Assembly (NCBI GenBank): GCA_963696805.1
Contig: CAVOLF010000005.1
Coordinates: 302,624 to 366,623, forward strand
Origin: an uncultured Rikenellaceae bacterium
GTDB lineage: Bacteria > Bacteroidota > Bacteroidia > Bacteroidales > VadinHA17
DNA: 64,000 bases
Direction of reading: 5' to 3'
Shown here: piece after piece, positions 59,506 through 64,000 of the stretch
Numbering within the stretch: position 1 is the stretch's first letter
Layout: each line of letters opens with the position of its first letter
Notes under the pieces: model-generated
What the model was told of the DNA's origin: nothing
The model's database searches: none
The model's input: only the letters and a program-made list of their open reading frames with translations
Program-made: the position numbers and the translations under genes

Positions 59506-60086
59506 TCATCCATTCCACTCAGCAAGGAAGGCAAGCAGTTTTCTCATAGCCCGTGCCCTGTGTGATATCCGGTTCTTTTCAGAGAGGGGTATCTCGGCAA
59601 ACGTCCGGTCATACCCTCTGCCAGAAAAACAGGGTCATATCCGAATCCTCCGTTTCCCCGCCTCTCGCTGGTGATCACTCCCTCAACCGATCCTTCAAAC
59701 AGGTACTCGCTTCCGTCAAGTATCAGGGCAATGACCGTCCTGAACCTGGCACATCTGTCTTCAGCATCAGCCATCTGCTCCAGCAGTTTGTTGATATTGT
59801 CATCAAAGCTTCTCCCCTCGCCGGCATACCTCGCCGAGTATACACCAGGAGCCCCGCCGAGGGCATCAACTTCCAGCCCGGTGTCATCTGCAAAGACATT
59901 CAATCCGGTCCTGTCATGCACGAACCTTGCCTTGAAGAGTGCATTTTCAGCAAGCGTCTCAGCATCTTCCGGGATATCCTCCGTGATCTTCACATCAGCC
60001 AGTCCCAGGATTTTGAAGTTGTTATCCAGGAGATCGCTTATCTCTTTGATTTTATGCTTATTGTTGGTTGCGAATACAAGTTCCAT
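59506..60086 (-). CDS. rdgB: Non-canonical purine NTP pyrophosphatase RdgB/HAM1, one frameshift near 59612
   Basis: LVFATNNKHKIKE, ADDTGLEV.AL.GAPGVYSARYAG, GFGYDPVF; the frame resumes as YDRTFAEIPLSEKNRISHRARAMRKL...* ending at 59506. Confidence 0.93.
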
Positions 60087-60169
60087 TATGCGGTCTGATG
60101 AAAGGGTAAAAATAGTCATTGCATCGTGACAAGGCTATGCCGGCATACCAAAAGAGTAAAATATTAGTT

Positions 60170-60177
60170 TATTTTTG
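60170..60177 (+). promoter_or_regulatory. Bacteroidota -7 promoter element
   Basis: TATTTTTG about 26 nt upstream of the ATG at 60204. Confidence 0.5.
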
Positions 60178-60203
60178 TATATATCAGGCAATCTCAATCG
60201 TGT

Positions 60204-62057
60204 ATGGGTATCAGCTTTTTCCGACGGTTCGTCTTGTCAGGGGCCCTGTTCTGTGCGGGAGCCGGACTGAACACTATTACTGCGTTGGCCATGGCTCCGG
60301 AAGCGGGTCCGTATGAAAGCATGATAACAGGTGTCTGTTCTTACCGTACCGGAGAGTCGATTGACACCACAGGTGGCACGCCTGTTCTGAAGTTTCGTGA
60401 GGGAATAATATTCAGGATGTTGAAGGGAAAGGATACTGAATATTCGTTTTACATGGAAGGTCCGGACAGACAATGGACTGCCTGGAGTGACAGGAGCTAC
60501 AAGGAATATACCAACCTCGGCCGGGGCAGATATATATTCATGTACAGGTATCGCCATGGCGCAGGTCAATTATCCGGAGAGGGTTCATTCAGCTTCAGGG
60601 TAAAGGCACCGTGGTACTTCTCACCTTTGGCCTGGATAATCTACCCTCTTCTCCTGGTGCTGGCAGGGATGATGCTCCGTATCCGCACTCACCGTCTCTT
60701 TATGGAGAGGCAGAAGAGGCTGGAGGAGCTGATCGCGGAACGGACTGAGGAGCTGCAGCATGAGAAGGAGAAGTCGGACAACCTCCTGGCTAACATGTTG
60801 CCTAAAGGTACTGCCCAGGAAATTATGTTAAAAGGCAAGGCGGCAAAAACGAAATATAATTTTGTCACGGTGCTTTTTTCGGATATACAGGGGTTCACCA
60901 GGATAGCCGAAGAGATGAATCCGGAGGTACTGATTGATGAACTTGACCGCTTCTTCTTTCACTTTGATTCTCTTGCCGAGAAATACAGGATTGAAAAGAT
61001 TAAGACCATAGGGGATGCCTATATGTGCGCCGGGGGAATCCCCGAGAGGAACAGGACCAATCCGGTTGAGGTGGTGCTTGCTGCCCTGGAGATGCAGAAA
61101 TACATGCGGTTCATGAAGAATGACCCGGCTAAAACTGCAGCACGGTTCTGGGATATAAGGATTGGAATTCATACGGGAACTGTTATTGCGGGGGTTGTCG
61201 GGCACAAGAAGATAACCTATGACATCTGGGGCGACACAGTGAATACGGCAAGCCGTATGGAATCATCAGGAGAGCCGGGCAAGATAAATATCTCGGGCAC
61301 CACCTATGAGTTTGTGAAAGACTATTTCATCTGTGATTACCGCGGGAGGATGCCGGTCAAGTACAAGGGCGACCTCGATATGTATTTTGTCACCGGGATC
61401 AGGCCTGAGTTGCGTGAGCCTGATGGTTCGCCCAGCATGAGGTTCTTTACGAAGATTGAGATGATTCGCGTCCTCGATGTCGAGGAGCATGTATTCACCA
61501 AGTATTCAGAAATAGCGTCACCGGATCTCTTCTTCCACAGTGTTGAGTATATACGAAGTGTGAGTCTTCAGGCTGACCTCCTTGCCAGGGCTGAGAAACT
61601 TGAAGATCAGGATTATATTCATATCAGGCTGGCATCGGTGTTTGTCTTTTTCGGGTATGTCTTTGATTATAATGACCCACAGGCGGCTGCGAGAAAGAGG
61701 GCAGGGGAGATACTTTCGGTTTATGGTTTCGGGCCACAGACACTTGAGGTGGTGACCGGTCTGATGGACTCGGTATTTCAGCCTGAACAGGAGGGCATCG
61801 CCGGGATGGTATTGCATGATGCAGTTTATGATTTCACCGGCAGGATTGACTTTGTAACCATGATTGACAGGCTCTACAGGGAGGAGATGGCTTACGGGAA
61901 GATAGATGACCCCAAAACATGGTTCAGGAATATGGCCACAAAAATTGAAGAAAACCAATTCCTTACGGAGACAGCCCGGAAATTGAGATCAGTATCTTTG
62001 AGGGACCAACTCAATGCACTCCAGTCTTTTACAGGCGAGAAGCTCAGCAATATTTAA
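60204..62057 (+). CDS. Membrane class III adenylate cyclase: Y_Y_Y domain + TM + cyclase + degenerate HD domain
   Basis: YSFYMEG.D.QW..WS...KEYTNLGRGRYIF (Y_Y_Y); PWY + TM; LLANMLP, VTVLFSDIQGFT, EKIKTIGDAYM, YDIWGDTVNTASRMES. Confidence 0.9.
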   Translation: MGISFFRRFVLSGALFCAGAGLNTITALAMAPEAGPYESMITGVCSYRTGESIDTTGGTPVLKFREGIIFRMLKGKDTEYSFYMEGPDRQWTAWSDRSYKEYTNLGRGRYIFMYRYRHGAGQLSGEGSFSFRVKAPWYFSPLAWIIYPLLLVLAGMMLRIRTHRLFMERQKRLEELIAERTEELQHEKEKSDNLLANMLPKGTAQEIMLKGKAAKTKYNFVTVLFSDIQGFTRIAEEMNPEVLIDELDRFFFHFDSLAEKYRIEKIKTIGDAYMCAGGIPERNRTNPVEVVLAALEMQKYMRFMKNDPAKTAARFWDIRIGIHTGTVIAGVVGHKKITYDIWGDTVNTASRMESSGEPGKINISGTTYEFVKDYFICDYRGRMPVKYKGDLDMYFVTGIRPELREPDGSPSMRFFTKIEMIRVLDVEEHVFTKYSEIASPDLFFHSVEYIRSVSLQADLLARAEKLEDQDYIHIRLASVFVFFGYVFDYNDPQAAARKRAGEILSVYGFGPQTLEVVTGLMDSVFQPEQEGIAGMVLHDAVYDFTGRIDFVTMIDRLYREEMAYGKIDDPKTWFRNMATKIEENQFLTETARKLRSVSLRDQLNALQSFTGEKLSNI

Positions 62058-62114
62058 AATCATTTGGTACATTGGTATTAAAGAGTACATTTGAAAATCC
62101 TAATACATTCAATC

Positions 62115-63138
62115 ATGGTAAATTTAGACTGGAACAACCTGCCTTTTGGCTATGTCAAGACCGATCACAACGTCAGATCTTACTTCCGTAACGGAGAGTG
62201 GAGCAAGCTTGAAGTAACTGATTCGGAGTATATTAACGTTCACATAGCCGCTACCGGTCTTCATTACGGGCAGGAGTCGTTTGAAGGGCTCAAGGCTTAC
62301 AGGGGGCGTGACGGAAAGGTCAGGTTATTTCGCTGGGATGAGAATGCAAAACGGATGATTTCCTCGGCAAAGGGAGTGATCATGGAGCCGGTGCCCATGG
62401 AGCTGTTCAGGGAGGCTGTATTTACGGTTGTTCGGCTCAATGAGAAGTTTGTTCCGCCTTACGGTTCGGGAGCATCGCTATATATCAGGCCGTTGCTTTT
62501 CGGCAGTGGAGCCGAGGTGGGAGTGAAGCCTGCTGCAGAGTACACCTTCCTGGTTTTCGTGACCCCGGTGGGGCCTTATTTCAAGGGCGGAGTGAAGCCG
62601 GTAAATATGATGATCTGCCGTGATGTTGACCGCGCTGCACCACTGGGTACAGGAAACATAAAAGTCGGGGGCAACTATGCCGCCAGTCTCAGGGCCATTG
62701 TGAAAGCACGCGACGGGGGATATGGCAATGCCCTCTTCCTCGATGCCATTGAGAAGAAGTATATTGATGAATGCGGTCCGGCTAACTTTTTTGGCATAAA
62801 GAACAACACCTACATTACTCCGCTTTCGTCGTCGATACTGCCTTCCATTACCAATAAAAGCCTCATCGCGATAGCTGAAAAAATGGGGATGAAAGACCGA
62901 GAGACGCCGTGTTCCCGTTGAGGAGCTTGAGGAGTTTGAGGAGACAGGTGCATGCGGTACCGCTGCTGTTATTAGTCCTATTGCGAAAATTGTAGATCCC
63001 GATACCGGCAAGATCTATGAATACTGCAAAGACGGCAAACCGGGGCCTGTTTCGATGAAGCTTTTCAACAAGCTGATAGGGATTCAGTACGGAGATGAAC
63101 CGGATGAGTTCGGGTGGATGACAGTTGTGGAGGTCTGA
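62115..63138 (+). CDS. ilvE: Branched-chain amino acid aminotransferase, one frameshift near 62895
   Basis: LDWNNLPFGY, LHYGQESFEGLKAY, LYIRPLLFG, KVGGNYAASL, ILPSIT; the frame resumes as TERRRVPVEEL..FEETGACGTAAVISPI...IQYGDEPDEFGW* ending at 63138. Confidence 0.93.
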
Positions 63139-63245
63139 CCTTCGTTTAATACAGGTTTTGCTATTCCGATGATGTTTTGAAAAAATTGCTTGCCGGTTGA
63201 AGGAATTGGCGGTTTGTGTGCTATTTTTGACGCAAAGTCTCAGCA

Positions 63246-64000
63246 GTGGCAAAAACAGTCGGAGGAATATCCAGGTACAGATTAGGCAGTTCTTACATAA
63301 CCCTGGTTGTGAGTGTTTCCCTGGTCCTTTTTCTGCTTGGGATCCTTGGTATGGTGCTTATCAATGCCCGTCAGCTTTCGGACTATTTCCGCGAGAGCCT
63401 CTCATTTACGATCATGCTGAAGGAAGATGCACGAGAGGCGGACATCAGGATGCTTCAGAAGGAGCTTGATGCCAAGCCCTATGTCAAGCAGACTGAATAT
63501 GTTTCTAAGGATGAGGCTGCCGTGAAGCTGAGCGAGGAACTCGGTGAGGATTTTCTGGATTTTTTAGGGTATAACCCTCTGATGCCAACGATTGACGTTT
63601 ATCTTCTGGCCGATTATACTCATCCTGACAGTGTTATCAAACTGGAGAAGGTGATATCAGAGTACCCTGTGGTTGATGAGGTTTATTACCAGGAGTCTAT
63701 TTTGAACCTGATAAATGACAATGTCAAGAAGATCAGCGCTTTCCTGCTGGTGATAAGTGCATTGCTGTTCCTGATAGCCTTGACGATAATCAATAACACG
63801 ATCCGGCTCTCGATCTACTCTAAGAGGTTTCTCATAAATACGATGCAGCTTATCGGAGCCAACAGATCATTCATCAGGAAGCCATTCCTCCTGAAGAGTC
63901 TCTTTTTTGGCTTTCTGGCTGCCCTGATTGCAATAGGGCTGCTGATGGGACTGATGTATCTGATTGAGAAGGAGTTTTTTACCCTGTTCACTTATGAGAA
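63246..64000 (+). CDS. ftsX: Cell division permease-like protein FtsX; runs off the window's right edge
   Basis: Manual translation from GTG 63246: SSYITLVVSVSLVLFLLG...YVSKDEAA...LGEDFLDFLGYNPL...INNTIRLSIYSKRFLINTMQLIGA..SFIRKPF. Confidence 0.92.
   Translation, partial: MAKTVGGISRYRLGSSYITLVVSVSLVLFLLGILGMVLINARQLSDYFRESLSFTIMLKEDAREADIRMLQKELDAKPYVKQTEYVSKDEAAVKLSEELGEDFLDFLGYNPLMPTIDVYLLADYTHPDSVIKLEKVISEYPVVDEVYYQESILNLINDNVKKISAFLLVISALLFLIALTIINNTIRLSIYSKRFLINTMQLIGANRSFIRKPFLLKSLFFGFLAALIAIGLLMGLMYLIEKEFFTLFTYE

Noticed and set aside
55759..62057. Pycsar or CBASS-type antiphage system
   Set aside because: No TIR, PycTM-like or other effector gene is adjacent, the context is housekeeping, and the membrane cyclase has canonical ATP-selecting motifs.
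49701..63138. Programmed frameshifting or true pseudogenes in the M16 peptidase, rdgB and ilvE
   Set aside because: Each has one single-base indel with otherwise intact motifs and no clear slippery site. Sequencing error is more parsimonious given the other indels in the window.
1792..63252. Numerous short antisense or off-frame ORFs nested in long genes (e.g. 2507-2971, 23827-24483, 45487-46182)
   Set aside because: They overlap well-supported genes and show no family motifs, as expected for shadow ORFs.
63197..63469. 90-aa ORF in the track
   Set aside because: It is an off-frame shadow of ftsX, which starts at GTG 63246.

Overview
A 64 kb chromosomal segment from a Bacteroidota organism, probably Bacteroidales. 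This is supported by a SusC/SusD pair, T9SS proteins including PorZ, and TAnnTTTG -7 promoter boxes. I saw no rRNA, tRNA, CRISPR array, integrase or transposase. The window mixes housekeeping genes (gdhA, nhaA, deoxynucleoside kinase, recO, rdgB, ilvE, ftsX) with glycan genes (SusC/D plus lipoprotein, GH20, GH30, GH106, GH28). Four modules look poorly characterised. (1) An ActP-like solute symporter operon (DUF4212-like partner, SSS transporter, TPR protein, DcaP-like porin) converges on a membrane Cache-PAS-PAS-CBS-DUF294 nucleotidyltransferase and a co-transcribed metallophosphoesterase, a candidate carboxylate-sensing writer/eraser system. (2) gdhA is flanked by two receiver-domain PPDK-type ATP-grasp paralogues, one carrying four GAF-like repeats. 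(3) Two class III cyclase-HD paralogues with reciprocal motif loss sit in and beside the rdgB-porZ-recO block. (4) A lipid or sphingolipid headgroup neighbourhood spans about 23.3-32.8 kb. Several genes carry single-base frameshifts that look like long-read assembly errors. All family calls come from motif recognition by eye; no database search was run.
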